64,000 bases of DNA from Moniliella sp. 'wahieum' (taxonomy: Eukaryota), in the NCBI GenBank assembly GCA_003971905.1, contig RSEE01000103.1:1-64000 (forward strand). The letters are read 5' to 3'. Below the pieces are notes generated by a model. The model worked only from the letters and a program-made list of their open reading frames with translations, had not been told where the DNA came from and ran no database searches. Each line of letters starts with the position of its first letter. Positions within the stretch are counted from its first letter, which is position 1. Positions 22,875 through 35,502 of this stretch are shown here, piece by piece. The translations under genes were made by a program, and so were the position numbers.

Positions 22875-23725
22875 CCCGAACTGGCACCCCCCTACTGTGC
22901 CCTGCACCCCCTTCCGCCTTCTGCGTCTGCCTCGCCCCCCTCGCCTCCCGACGGGCGCGGGGGGTAGACTAAGCACCGCGGACCCGATGAATTCATACCC
23001 TTGCTTTCCCTTGCAGCCTTGTTCCCCCGCATCAATGCATCCCCTTCGCTGACGTTGTCCAACGACGTGTCTTCCCCCCACCATGATTGCGCGTCGGCGC
23101 CCCCAAAGCGTCGGAACTCCAGTAGAATGGATACAGTGGTACGGCAAGCTTACTTTGGGATCCTGTTGGGCTGCAGAGCAGGCGAGTCAATGGGTTGGCC
23201 TTGTATGCGGGTAAAGGGGAACTGAGCCATATTTGGAAATCGTTCCTGTCAGGGCATCCGCAAGACCACCAAAGACTATCGTCTGTGCCCTACGGAAGGT
23301 CGGAAGGTCGGCAGGACTGGTAAACGTGAAGTGGAAGCGCGTTCGACCAGTAACAGGAGATGACTTTCGTGACGCTCTCAAGAGGATTTCGCGTCGCATC
23401 CGGGGCCGACTTGCTTAGGTGTAGACTCCGATATCGTAGGACAAACAACCGCTCCCATCCTCTCTTGTGGGGAACATGTGCGAAGGAATGTTATGCTATG
23501 GGTTCAGGCAAAAGAGCGTATGGGCGCAGTCAGGAGTCAGGAGCCACTAGCCCGCACCCCAACCTGCAGCCTCGTCCCTGTGTCTGTTCGCTGACTCCTG
23601 CTCCAAGCGCTATGCTCTGTATGTCGCGCTCTCGCCTAACCCCACTCGATCCATCGAGTCAAGCTGCGCGTCCATCCATTCCAGCGCGCCAACCGAAACG
23701 GGGCGGTGTGCGAAGTCCGTACCGG

Positions 23726-24971
23726 TTACATAACGGTGCACTCTTCGTCCTTGCCCAGACCGGGCAAGTCGAGGCCTTCCGGCACGTCGCCCACGATTTC
23801 GTCCGGTGGCGCGCCGCAGTCTTGCATTGCGTCATCAGTTCGTGCACCTTTTTCTGCCGTGCCTGTTGCGCCGGGGAAGGGGGAGTGCGCGTTGCCGGGT
23901 CAGCGCCCTCGGGCAGTGCCGGTTCCTCTTCCCATTCCGGATCTTCAAACACGGCGACCACTTGGGTCACAATGCCCGCTTGCTTAGTGTAGCGTTCCTG
24001 GTCCGGCTTGGGGAGCGCTCGGAAGGTGTCGCTGGCCAAGTAGGCTGGGTACTGCTCGTTCATCTCCTTCATCGGACCATACAGCACCTCTTTGCCCATC
24101 AAGTCCGACATCATGTTTTCCAACATGGCCGCCATGCCTTCTTCTCCCTCGCCAGTACCCAGGTCTCCTAGCGACTTGAACAGTTCTTCCATCGAAGGGC
24201 CTCCTTCGCCCCCGGCGCCCCCCAGCTCCGATAACATGCGCAACAACTCTTCCTGCCCTGCCCCGCCCGCGCCAGTGGACGAAGTCGCATTCTTGTCGCT
24301 CGTCTTGAGCCGGTTCATCGTCGCGGCAATCGTGTCTTGGAAGCTGGCCGGGGCAGCTCCGGCGGCAGTGGCAGACGCCGTCGACGAAGGTTGAGACGTC
24401 GACGCGCCGGCATTGGGGTCGAGGCCCGTCCCACCAAACAGCAACCGTTCAAATTGTTTCATCAATGCCTCCTCGTCCATCTCTCCCTGGGTGCCGGATG
24501 CGGCCGCCGACGTAGACGGGGACTTGGACTTGGACTCGGACCCAGACGAGGTCGGGCCGGCACCCGCCGTCGCGGCACTGGCGTCCAGACCAGCTAGCAT
24601 GTCTTGGATCCCTTGGGCAAACTGAGCGGCAAAGTCTTCCGACAAGAAATCGTCCTCGTCCTCAGCGGCCCGGAGGTGGGCTCTCTTTCCTCTCTCCTCC
24701 ACTGTCGCTTTCTTGGCAGGGGTGGAGGCAGGCTTTCCGGGGGTGGGGGTAGCAGGGCCCGCAGCAGAAGGTGTGGCAGCCGCAGCCGCAGCCGCCGGAG
24801 CGGGCTTGGCCGTGTCGTTAAATTCGTCCAACACACCTTGAGGCGGGGGGCGGAAGCGGGGTCAGCACCAGGCGTGTCAGCAGGGCAACAGCGGCGCGGA
24901 GGAAGCGTACCATCCAGATCGTCCAGGTCGTCCAGGCCGTCGAGGGCGTGGGGGTCGGTGTCAGGGGCCAT
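23726..24971 (-). CDS. PEX19: Peroxisomal membrane protein import receptor Pex19
   Basis: N-terminal DDLDDLDGVLDEF (intron 24837-24910), SFQDTIAATMNRLK, MMSDLMGKEVLYGPMKEMNEQYPAYL, ERYTKQ; C-terminal CaaX box CTVM-stop. Confidence 0.95.
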
Positions 24972-25899
24972 GGTGGGCAGAGGTAAAGAAGCGCACCCAA
25001 GCCGAGGTGCGAGGTGGTGGGCAGTGGCGATGGAGTTGGACGTGGCGCCGCCTGGAACGAATCGGGACCTGCCTTCCGCCCGCTCGCTCCTCCGGCTTGC
25101 CTGAGGCCGTACCCGCGGCGCCGGCCCACACCCGCCCCCATTCCGCCCGGCGGAATGCAGCCAGCGCACCAGCACGCAGCCGAACGCCCCTCGAGCCCGC
25201 TGTGAAAGAGTACCCTGCCTACCCCCCTACCACACCTACCAACCTACCCAGCCTACCGCCCTCCCGCCCTGCTGGCTGCTGCGTCCCCCCCATTCTCCCT
25301 GGATTCGATCCGTGCCCCACCGCGCCCAGCTCGTACAGTACGTCTATCAGAAAAGGTGGCAGGTACGACGCGCTGGCCCGAGGAGCTCGGTGGCGCCGGA
25401 AATCATCAGCACACGTTGGGGTGGCATGTGTTGTAGGAGTACCCGCCGGCCAAACAACCCGTCGAGGAATCTGGATTTGGATATAGGAAAGGGGAGGCGC
25501 CGATAGGGCTCGTGGTGCGGGCGCTCAGGTCCAGGACTGGTCTGCTGATGCATATACCAAAGCGTTTCAAGCCGGTAGAGGAGGAGGGGAGCAGGAGGAG
25601 GGAGCCGAGCAGAGCCGGCTCACTGCCGCGGCACTGGAATCAAGAATCCAACCCCAGTGGCTTGAATGGATGGATGGATGGATAAATGGATAGATGGATA
25701 GAAGGATATAGGGAATTCCAAAGCAAAAGCAGGGTGTCGTGATATTTCCAAAAAGGGCATCGTGAGGTAAAGAGAACGAAGGGGTCATCGATCATCGCCA
25801 GCAGAACGACGTCCCAGGGCCAGGAACCAGGACCGTCGTCGGGAGCCAAGCAGATCGGGCAAAAACCAAGAAAGAAAAGCGCAAAAGGGAGAGGGTTAG

Positions 25900-27700
25900 A
25901 AATGCGCACAAGTCGCACGTCGCAGGGCGCGAAGGCGCCAGCGCTCAGCTGTCATGCAGGCGCTAGGACAAAGCGGAGGCAGCGGTCGTTTCGTCCAACT
26001 CGTATGCAGGGGGGAGGTCGTCCCCGCTGTCGGGGCGGGCAGAGGGGGAGGCAGCCAACGGAGTGGTGCCAGACAAGGAGGGAGTGCGAGGGGCAGGGGA
26101 AGAGAGCGAGATGGAGAGGCGGGGGGTGGATAGCGTGGGCATGGCCGTATGACGGCGTGGGGGTCAAGGAAACGCCTGGAAGAGAGCCCAGGCTTCGGCT
26201 TGCACCCAATGACCACCTAGGGCGGGGTGGCGCAAGTAGATCATTGTTACTTGCCTCGGTGGGGGGTATGAAGCGCTCCAACGGTACTGGCTCTTGTTTC
26301 TGCACGTCAGGACACTGGACGGGGACGGAAGCACGGCGTGGGCCCAATCCAAATGACCAATTGGGCCAACGACGATCTTGCCTGACCAAGGGGGAAGCGG
26401 GGGCGAAAAGTGGGTTGCTTGCGAGAAGGAAGAGGCGACGACCCGTCCGTGCGGCACCAGAAACAGCACCAGAAACGGGCGAACGCCGGTCCGAGTGCCA
26501 AGACACACTAAGGGGGAAACCGACTGCTCACCAGGGCTGAGGCGGGGCTCACCTACGCCGATGGACGTGGCACTGAGACTCAAGCGGGAGGGTTGCGCTC
26601 GTCCGAATCGGGGTCCACTGAGAAGGACATGCGAGTAGCCGAATCAGTAGGCGTGAGGGGGGCTCGGGTGGTTGGACTGACGCTGCGACGGGGAGCTGTA
26701 GTTTGGGTGGGTTCCCTTCGATGCACACGCCTCTCGTACCCCCCCACTCGGTCCACTCTCCCAGAAGCGGGTCCACCTCTTCTTGTTCAGGGGCCAGGTT
26801 GTAGCTGGCTGGGTAGGCATAGGGGAGCACCGAGAGCGAGTGGAGAAGCCAAGCCGTGCTTGCTTCCGCTCGCAGTGGGGTCGTTTGGATCGTGGTGTTC
26901 GGCCGCAAGACGGAACAATTGAATCTCTCTCGGCCCCACCGAGCCGTCCAGCGCATCCTGCATCTGATAACGTCGTTACAGCCGGGCGCGGTGGAACGAG
27001 ACCTGTGGCGCCGTGCGGGGCAGGACGCCGGTAGACCAGAGGCTCACTGCCCGCTCTTCGTGTCACTCCGCGTGGGGGAGCGGGTTGAGGGGATGGGGAA
27101 GAGCAAGGGGTGAGAACAGGAGAGAGCGAAGCCGGGGATGAGACGGAGCCAGCAAAAGCGGGAGAAGTAAGAGAAGGAGTAGAGATAGGAGACAGTGCGG
27201 GGGAGAGGAATTGCCGCTCGTTTCCGGCTCCTGGTTCGTTGGTGTGGGGTTCTGTTGGATTGGTAGGGCTCGAAGCGGCTGGGGCCGAATTACCCCGGCG
27301 ACGGCGCGCCAGACGTGGTGTCCACTTGGCGGCCGTGAACAACTTGGCTGGCGCCTTTGTGCGCGGACGACTGGACGGCGAGAGGGGGGCACTGTGGTGT
27401 TGCGTGTTATGATCGTGGGCAGCGTGCCTGTTATCCTGACAGCAGGCTCCGAAGTGGGAGAGGTGGCCAGACTGTGGGTTGGGATGGATTTGGGGCGGGA
27501 TGGGGAAGGGGGTGGGGAGCTGAGGGAAAGCTCGGGATACTTGGTGGTGGCCGGGGCGGTTGGGGGCAGCGGTGGGCGAGTGGGTGGCGGCCAGGCTGGT
27601 GTGTTCGGGCACGCTGGGCAGGCGGGCAGTGCGCCGACGCGCCTTCTCCCGCACGTTGAGGGCGGATGGGATGGAGGGCATGGCGGGCAAGGCGGGCAAG
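25900..27700 (-). CDS. Hypothetical low-complexity (Pro/Ser/Arg-rich) protein
   Basis: Chain of long minus-strand ORFs (26644-27699, 26549-26956, 25952-26506) with no recognised domain; boundaries approximate. Confidence 0.35.
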
Positions 27701-29220
27701 AAGGCATGGCCAGCAGGGAGACGACCCGCTGGAGAGGGTGGGTGGGTGGTGTGGCCCGAGGGACGGGGTGGTGTGGTGGTGGTGGAGGGGGTCAGCCAGG
27801 AATCATTCTGAATGTCGATCGAAGGCGAGCGGACGAGCCAGGGAGGGTTATGCGTTCGTTACTTTGGTTGGCAAATGCGGGGGCCGCCAGTGGCGCGCCA
27901 GCCACGCACGGCGCCAGTCTCGCTCTGCGCCACCCCCCGGAGCAGCCGCACTGGCCGCCTGCGGCGGGAGCGCGCAGGAGGAGGACAGCGGTCGATGGCG
28001 GCATGGAGGCAGTCTCTGTCCCTGTTAGCCACCTAGCTCGAGGCGGCAAGTGGCGTGCCGAGATCAGGCACCATAGGCTGATAGCCAGTGCCTCGTCCTC
28101 GACTTGCAAGGTGCAGTACCCTCCTCTAGCACGGTGCTGCTCGTTGGCTGCCGTTCTTGTCGGCGAACGAGCGTAAGCATAAGCATCCTCCGGCCTCCCT
28201 CTCCTCCCTCCAATGCCCCGGCCAGCCTCCAACGTCTCGCCGTGTGTAAAAGCTTCCAACGGCAACAACGCTACAAACGATACTCGATACGCATGCACCA
28301 TGTACCTATGAGCTAGACGTACAGATATGGAGATGGGCCAAGAACGCAGCCGGTTGCGGCCTGTGCGGCAGTGCGTAGCCGCACCAGGCCGCACCAGGCC
28401 GCACACATCGAAGGATAGACGGGGGCCGGTTTAATTAGACACAAAAAAGTATACATAGTGCCTAACGGATGCGCTGGGCGGTACGGATAAGCCCTGTCCA
28501 TATCGAGTATCGCCTTCAAGCATGACTTCACGCGTCACGCGTCAATTCGAGCTTCAAGCTTCAGGCTTCAGGCTTCAAGCTGGCCTCAAGCTGGCTTCAA
28601 GCCTCAAGCTTCAAGCCCTTCCAGCTACCGGCTACCAACTCTGGCGCCACCTTTCCCAGCATATACATAACGCGCAAGTTAAGTTACTATTGTTACCTAG
28701 TTACTATACAGGTCCTAGTTGCTAGTTAAATGTTGCGCGCGTGACACCTAACAGGGTAACCCCAGTAACCGGTAACCCGGTAACCGGGGGACCTAAGGCC
28801 TAAGGCCAAATCCCCACACAAAGCTTAACTGCCTCTCCCGTTACAAACAACAACGGTTTTTGTGGGTAACGCGTAGCGCATACAAGGCCCAAGGCCTAAC
28901 CGGCGTAATCGACGGAGAATCAACGAATTGCTCCTCGATCAATAGGATCCTTCGATCATCGATCTCTCTCAGCCACGAACGGCAAACCCGATAGGCGCTA
29001 TAGGCGCTACAATAGCCAAGAGCATGTCTCCGTTGCCGATTGGCTCCTCAGCGAGCGCAGCGACCATCAGGCCTGATCGATCATCGATAATCAGCTACCG
29101 CCCAACGCTGCCCGTCTTCTCATTGGGAGCCTTAAGCTTTTTAAGTTTGCCCATGAGATCATGAGATCCACTCTGAGTGGGTTGTATTTTAACTAGCTTA
29201 ACACTAACGCTTAACGGTTG

Positions 29221-29461
29221 GAGCGTAGTGCTATAGGCCTTAGGGCCTTTGGGTTCTCCTGCGCAAACCCTCCCTCAGTACTCAGTTGTCAATTGATCGG
29301 TGACCGGTGATGCTCGCCTAACCGGCAGGAGAGTATAACCCCCTTGCTCGCTCCATCTTCCTCCTCCTCATCTCGATCATCCTGCTGTCTCCTTTCCCGT
29401 CAGATGTTGGCTGAAGACTTGTGGCTCTGCACCCATTGAAACTTGAAGTCGCACTCTAGCA
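29221..29461 (+). repeat. Diverged dispersed repeat family A, copy 1
   Basis: Colinear blocks shared with 35254-35502, e.g. CTGTCTCCTTTCCCGTCAGATGTTGGCTGAAGACTTGTGGC and AAGTCGCACTCTAGCA. Confidence 0.8.
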
Positions 29462-30194
29462 GTAGAAACGCATGTAACACATGTTCTAAGGCCCAAAAAG
29501 ATATGGAAAAAGTTAGTGTGGAGCAGGTGCCCCCCCTCACTCGACGGAACAAAGGCAACCCAGGGCACCCCCGGAACAAACCAGAGGGTGTGGCATGTGG
29601 TGGAGGAAGAGGCAGGGAGTTCAAGCGTCAATATCAATATTCAATAAGCGTCAAGCTAAGCGTCAAGCTTCAAGTTGAAGTATCGTTTCATTGAATATGG
29701 AATGGGAGCCTCAGATTCAGCTTTCATTGGCGCAGAAGGGAGGGAGGCGCGTGGAGATAAACATGCGGTGTCCATGTCCATAAGTGGGAAAGCAAATCAA
29801 ACAAACCCTAGGAGGAAAATGCCTGAGATCAAAAGAGAGGACAACTGTGCTCCCCTCAGGGCCTCGATCAGACCCAGGAACGTATAATGTTCATGCAGCC
29901 AGGGGAGGGCCAGGGGACAAAGGAACTTGAAGAAGGACAACAAAGAGGAAATGATAGAGATCGAGAGCTAGTGGTTGAGGGGGGAAAAGGGACGAAAGGG
30001 GATGACATGGACATGGATAGTGGATTATATAAGAAGCTGTATGGCAGGCAGCTGTGAAACAACGCACATACAGCCGTGCCCGTACCAGCCAGCTAGCTGC
30101 CTTGCCAGCGCAATTCTCTGGGATCAACATTGAGTTCAACAATCAAACCAAATCTCCAACCAATCTGCCTATTGGCGAAGGACATCAGTTGCTC

Positions 30195-33075
30195 TTAGCC
30201 GGAGTCCAAGGCAACGGTAACCATTGTCCGTTGGGCGCCGGTGCCAGGCGTTGAAATGGGCTTGAGCGTCAGGCTGATGGGAAATTCGCTTGTACCACAG
30301 CGTCCCAGCACCAGCGACTTGATCTTGATATCCTTGGCGCGTACTGCCTTCGATAGTGTTGGGGCCCACTTGAGCGTCTTGACAGGAGCACCAAACGACT
30401 CATGGGCATGCTCGGGCCCAATGCTGATCAGAAAGTAGCTGATCACTGTTGCGGTCGTCAAGGCAGCAGAGGTGAGATAGTTGAAACTAGAAGAGAGAAG
30501 GACAGAAACAGATTAGTACTTTTTAGGCGGCCAATGAGAGAGAAGGAAAACAAAGCAAAAGGGGGCGTACCTCATCCACCAGTTCTGGTACTTGCGCCGC
30601 AGCGAGAATTGAAAGATAGCGCCGTGAGGAACCAACTGGTAAATGAGATGGGTAGCCAGCCCGGCAACGTTTGAGCCGAGTTGAACATGATCGGCCAATT
30701 CACCAATTCCCATCGAAAGCCCGAAACCGACAGACGACGAACCGGAACAAAGCGGTGCAACAGGTAACCTGGGAAGGGCGCCAAAAAGCCAATTAGGAAG
30801 AACCAGTTGATCCATCGATAAACTGAGTCCTTGTCTAGGCCAAACACACGTTTCGATCCTAGCATCCCCCAAACCAGCCTTTGGAAGGTGGATTGGAAAT
30901 TGTACCCTAAGTCCTTGCCGACACAGGGGGCATGGCAGCCTGGACAAAGGACGTGCTCACCTCGGCCAAAAGATGGCGATAAATACAAGTCTGGGGGACA
31001 CTTGAAGTACAGTCCCAACTTGAATTGAGAGAGGATTGTCAGCGCTTGGTCCACCGCGGTGATGCTGAAATCGGAGAGAAGCCAAGGAAGTGCCTTGCCG
31101 GAACAATGTAGCGCCCATCAGTTGCAAAAAGTCAATTGGCTCGCACAGAATCGCCGAAAGCGCAAAGAGAGCGCCCATGGGAAGGACATAGAAGGCAGAG
31201 AACAGGATGCACACAATAAATGCCCAGACGGCAAAGCCCGTGTCATAACCCCTCACAGCTCCCAATCCTAACCCAACAGAGAGGAAAGTGGCGATCCACC
31301 ATAGTAAGGGATCTGGGGGTAGCGAGGGTGGCCTGAGCATGAACGTCTGGCTCCTCCTCTTTTGGCGTACGTAGGTCTTGCAGTATTTGTCTTGCGTAAA
31401 ACAAAACAAAGTGAACCACCGCCGCCACGGCCAAGGCCATCCCGCTCCCATAGCTTACTGCAAGGGATGGAGTAAAGTAGGTTTGCTGTAAGATTCGTAC
31501 GCCTCTTCATTCAGTGTGATGGGTCCCCTTATGCAAGACCGGGGCAATGTGCGTTTCGTTGAACGACCCGGCAAACCGTCCATGGAAGACAACTAGCCAG
31601 GGTATACCATCCCTGTTGGGCACCCGTGCATACATATGCCCCGCCAATGATGCAGATGAACAGAAGGTAACCGCAAATCGTGTTGACCTGCGCCCAGAAG
31701 GGAACACGAGCGGACTGATGAATCAAGACGAGAGAAGAGTTAGCATCTCGTCCCTGAAAAGAGTGTTTATTATACATAGGAAAGGAAGAAAGACTAACCT
31801 TGACAAGGCGGCAGTAATGGTAGACCAGTCAAACGCCATAAATGGAGAGCCATGCCCCCCATACCACCAACATGAGGTTGACAGTAAAATTTGCTTGGCG
31901 CACCAGGCGATCCAGCTAAACTGGGCAAAACAGTCATCAAGTACCCTGGCACACCCACGCCCATAGGACGCAAATCCAAACACACCCCAAAACACCGCCC
32001 GTCGGCTCCAATGGGTCTCGTTGGTGCGATGTAGGGCGCCAAGCAGCGCACTCGTCTCGAGGATGAGGCCAGATCATGCGGCCAGGAATAACCAATGCTC
32101 GTAGCCCAAGCCGGCCATGCTCATCCCATGAGAGTGGAGGAGAGGAATCATCACGGCTACCCGTACCTACGGCCCCGATACCCCTACCATGCCTCTGCAT
32201 GAATCCCATTAGTTCCACAGGCCAAGCCGGGCCTGGGCCCATAAACGCCATAATGCATATCAGTGCATGCTCCTTAATGTTAAAAGGGCCCGGATTGATG
32301 AACCAAGCCAGGGGCCAGTGGGATGGTAGGGAATCCAGGCCATAAGCAAGCCGATCGGCCAACAGACAATCTGCGCAAGTACCCCCGAGGGTGACCAAGC
32401 GTGTGTTCCACCCCCAGTTGAAGAAAGAACAAAACAAAACCGCAAACCCATTGGCGGCCCCGAGACCCAGCAGCCAGGCACGCAGGGTATTGACTGGCAT
32501 GGTAATGTCATCGCCTGATGGCACACTTGCTCGGACCGAAGCCGGGGCGCGAAACGCGAGGGGGGGGGTATCTGAGTCTGCCGAGTCTTCTGGGGTGCTG
32601 CCGTGATCATCAAAGATTTCTTGTGAGGGCGGCTGCTCGGGAAGTTCGGCGAGGGAAACGGCGTCATCTTCCTCATCGCGCCCGCCAATTAGGGCGCGAT
32701 CGGTCATAACGGACCCGGGAAATGTGCTGGGGTGTTTGGAGGGGTATTGTGAGGAAGAGGAGGGGCTGAAGGGTGTTTGTGGGTCGAGGCCGGTCAGGTT
32801 CATCTCATACTTTTCGGTCATGCCGGGCAGAAAGCCGGTCCCCTCGTCGCCGTCATCGGAGGGGGGGATGGAGGCGGAGGAGTCGATTGGGGGAGCTGTG
32901 TGGAAACGCCACGCATGGGCATGGCAAACGGGTTGGTTCTGGCCGTCGTCCGGCTGGCCAGGGAGGCGGGCAGGGTGGATGCGCCGTGGCTGGCGACCGG
33001 GTGCGCATCGGCCGGGCGCCAGTCTGTGGAGGGAGGGGCAGGCAGGGGATCGATGGCGTCCGGGGCCATGGCCAT
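30195..33075 (-). CDS. OPT-family oligopeptide transporter (divergent)
   Basis: DDITMPVNTLRAWLLG, NPGPFNIKEHALICIMA, PGRMIWP, FDWSTI, PFWAQVN, EPDVH, FKLGLYFKCPP, WGMLGSKRVFG, RRKYQNWW..FNYLTSAAL. Several introns and many indels; ends approximate. Confidence 0.88.
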
Positions 33076-34369
33076 GGGGGAGCCGAGGGGGGGCAGCGCC
33101 GACAGGATGGTGGAGGAGAGGGGTGGGGGGCTGAGCGGAGGGTGCAGGCTATAAGCAAGGGGCGGGAGGGGCATGCGAGCACCAGGGGTTACACTGGCGC
33201 CGTGGGGCTGCGTCGCTGTGCCGGTGCTGCGGCAGCAGGGGACGGATGGCCAGTGCGAGCGGCGCGAGCTCTACGTATGAATATACGCGCTGCTCTGCGT
33301 TTCGCCAGGGCCGAGCCAGGCTGCGGCGCCTCGCCAGTGCCGCAGCACACCGCGCCAGACAGTGGCGCCGCGCCCGCGCCTCGCCCCACCCCCCACCCGC
33401 CCGGACTTCCGGCGCACACGGCGCTGGGGCCTCCCCGGGCGGCGTGCTGCTTGCCGCGGCAGGTGCGCCCGGTGCGGGCGGCAGGCGGAGTCAAGCGGAG
33501 ACAGGCCCAGTGGCGGCGCGGGGGACAGCCGCCGCAGCACGTCGCTGGTGTCGCATGGCGCACATATACCACACGCCCCTGCGCCTCTTCTGATTGGGCC
33601 CACGTACAGATTTTTTGTCGCCCACAGCGCCTCGCCGCTTCTCTTGCGTCTGCTGCCCATATAGAAACACCCTCTCGTTCCGAGTCGATCCATCCTCCCA
33701 ACCCACACTACATCATATAGCAGCGCTCAGCACCAGCCCCCCCCCCCCTGTTGGCATATACGTATGCTGCCCTCCCAGAAGCGAGAAGGATCACATCGAT
33801 CAAGCAAGATCATTTTGGTGGATCATATATAGTGCAACCTACCATGTATTCTGCGGGCGACTCAATCAGTTTTCTAATTGGGTTTGCACAGCCAAGCACT
33901 TGCCGGATATAAGTGAGCCACAGATGTGCGCAGCGCTTCTTTGTCCCACAGCCTATTACGCGCTGTAACATGTAACCGACTGTACGTGATAAGATGTAAG
34001 AAGACACATCCGTAAATTACGGAGTATGTACTGACAACCTTGACCGTTGAAAACCCACCATTGGGAAGAGTGTAAGACCACAGGAACCCAAGGGGTTGTG
34101 CGATGAGCCTCTGGAAATGTAGAGCAATGCAATCGCTGGTGGTTTCAGAGGTCAAATAAGGGGCAAAGGGTGATAGGGCGCCTTCGCCTATCTACGGGTC
34201 CACGGGTCCCAACAAAGAGCGATCCCATGGCACTCATCGATCATCCCCGTTGCACAATAGACATATGTCAAGCAGAAGCAACGGCCCACACACACAGATC
34301 CAAAACAAACAAACTTTTCAGCTGGATAATATAATACCGTTCAGGACAGACGTGCTATATAATACTGGC

Positions 34370-34625
34370 GTCCCAGCCTCAGTGAGATAAACATCATGAT
34401 GAGACTTGGAGTCCTGATGGTCCTCGAGGGTGATGCAATCGCACTGGTGGTGGTGGTGTGGCAACCAGAATGCCTACAGAGGAACATCAAGCAGCGAGTC
34501 GCCATCAGGGGCTAAGCTGCGGGGCAAGGAGGGAAACAGGAGAGGGGAAACAGCGGAACTCCTAGGCCTGAGGAGGAGCTGAAGGGACATTGGCCAAATC
34601 ACGAGCCACTTAGCTCAACCATCAG
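34370..34625 (-). repeat. Diverged dispersed repeat family B, copy 1
   Basis: Its reverse complement aligns with 48205-48465 (TTGGCCAAYGTCC, CCTCAGGC, GAGTTCCGYTGTTT, GCTGCTTGATGTTC, CACCACCACCAGTGCRATTG). Confidence 0.8.
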
Positions 34626-35253
34626 TGAGGTGTTTGAGAAAAAATCGCCAGAACGGAGCTTGACGTGGTGGCGCGTCCTCTGCGTTTGTCTTTCTCTCTT
34701 CCCCACGTTTGTTATAAGGGAACACGGGCTAGCGATCCAGCAAAGAGTCTACTCTCTTCCAAGTCCCAAAAGAGGCGAGCATCTGCCGGTCAGAGCCAAC
34801 AGAGCCCCCAAGAAATCATCCCTTTCTTTTCCCTTCTGCTCCCAAAAAGGCGTTGACTCACACTCACCGAAGGAAATGCAGGGACGTTCCAAGCCCCCCG
34901 AAAGAAGGAGGAGCGTTCCAAGCCTTCAGTCCTCGCTCCCAGTTTGAGGAGGCGCACAGATAATAGGGTGCTGACGCCGATGCAATAACCTCCGAAGAGA
35001 AGAAAAGGCATCTTCCTCTCCACGGCATTTTCCTGTATGGAATGGAGAAATGTGCGCAGCACGATTAAGCATTGGTACGTGTCACTGCGGTCAGATTCAC
35101 CTAAGCAACTCATCTACTCTGTGGAGTCTATCTAACAAACGGAACATATTCCCATCAATACACGATGTGTGCAACCAAAAAGTCCATTTCGTACAGCCGA
35201 GAGGTGGTACCCAGGCGAGCTTCTGAATCCCTGATTTGATCTTCCATCTGTTA

Positions 35254-35502
35254 GAGGGTAGTGCCACGGTTCCCCTACACGACCCTCAGTGGATCGGTGA
35301 CGCTTGCTTAGCCCGACGGAAGAGTTCCGCTCGCAGGCCGCGCACTCCCTGCTCGCTTCATCTCTCTTCTCTCTCTCCTGTCTCCTTCCCTTCAGACGTT
35401 GCTTGAAGACTTGCGGCCCACCACTTTGCCTTCACGCCTTGTCTGAAGGCTGCTTTGCAGCTGATCCGTAGGTCGCGAGTGCTCCCAAGTTGCACTCTAG
35501 CA
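35254..35502 (+). repeat. Diverged dispersed repeat family A, copy 2
   Basis: CTGTCTCCTTCCCTTCAGACGTTGCTTGAAGACTTGCGGC and AAGTTGCACTCTAGCA, colinear with 29221-29461. Confidence 0.8.
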
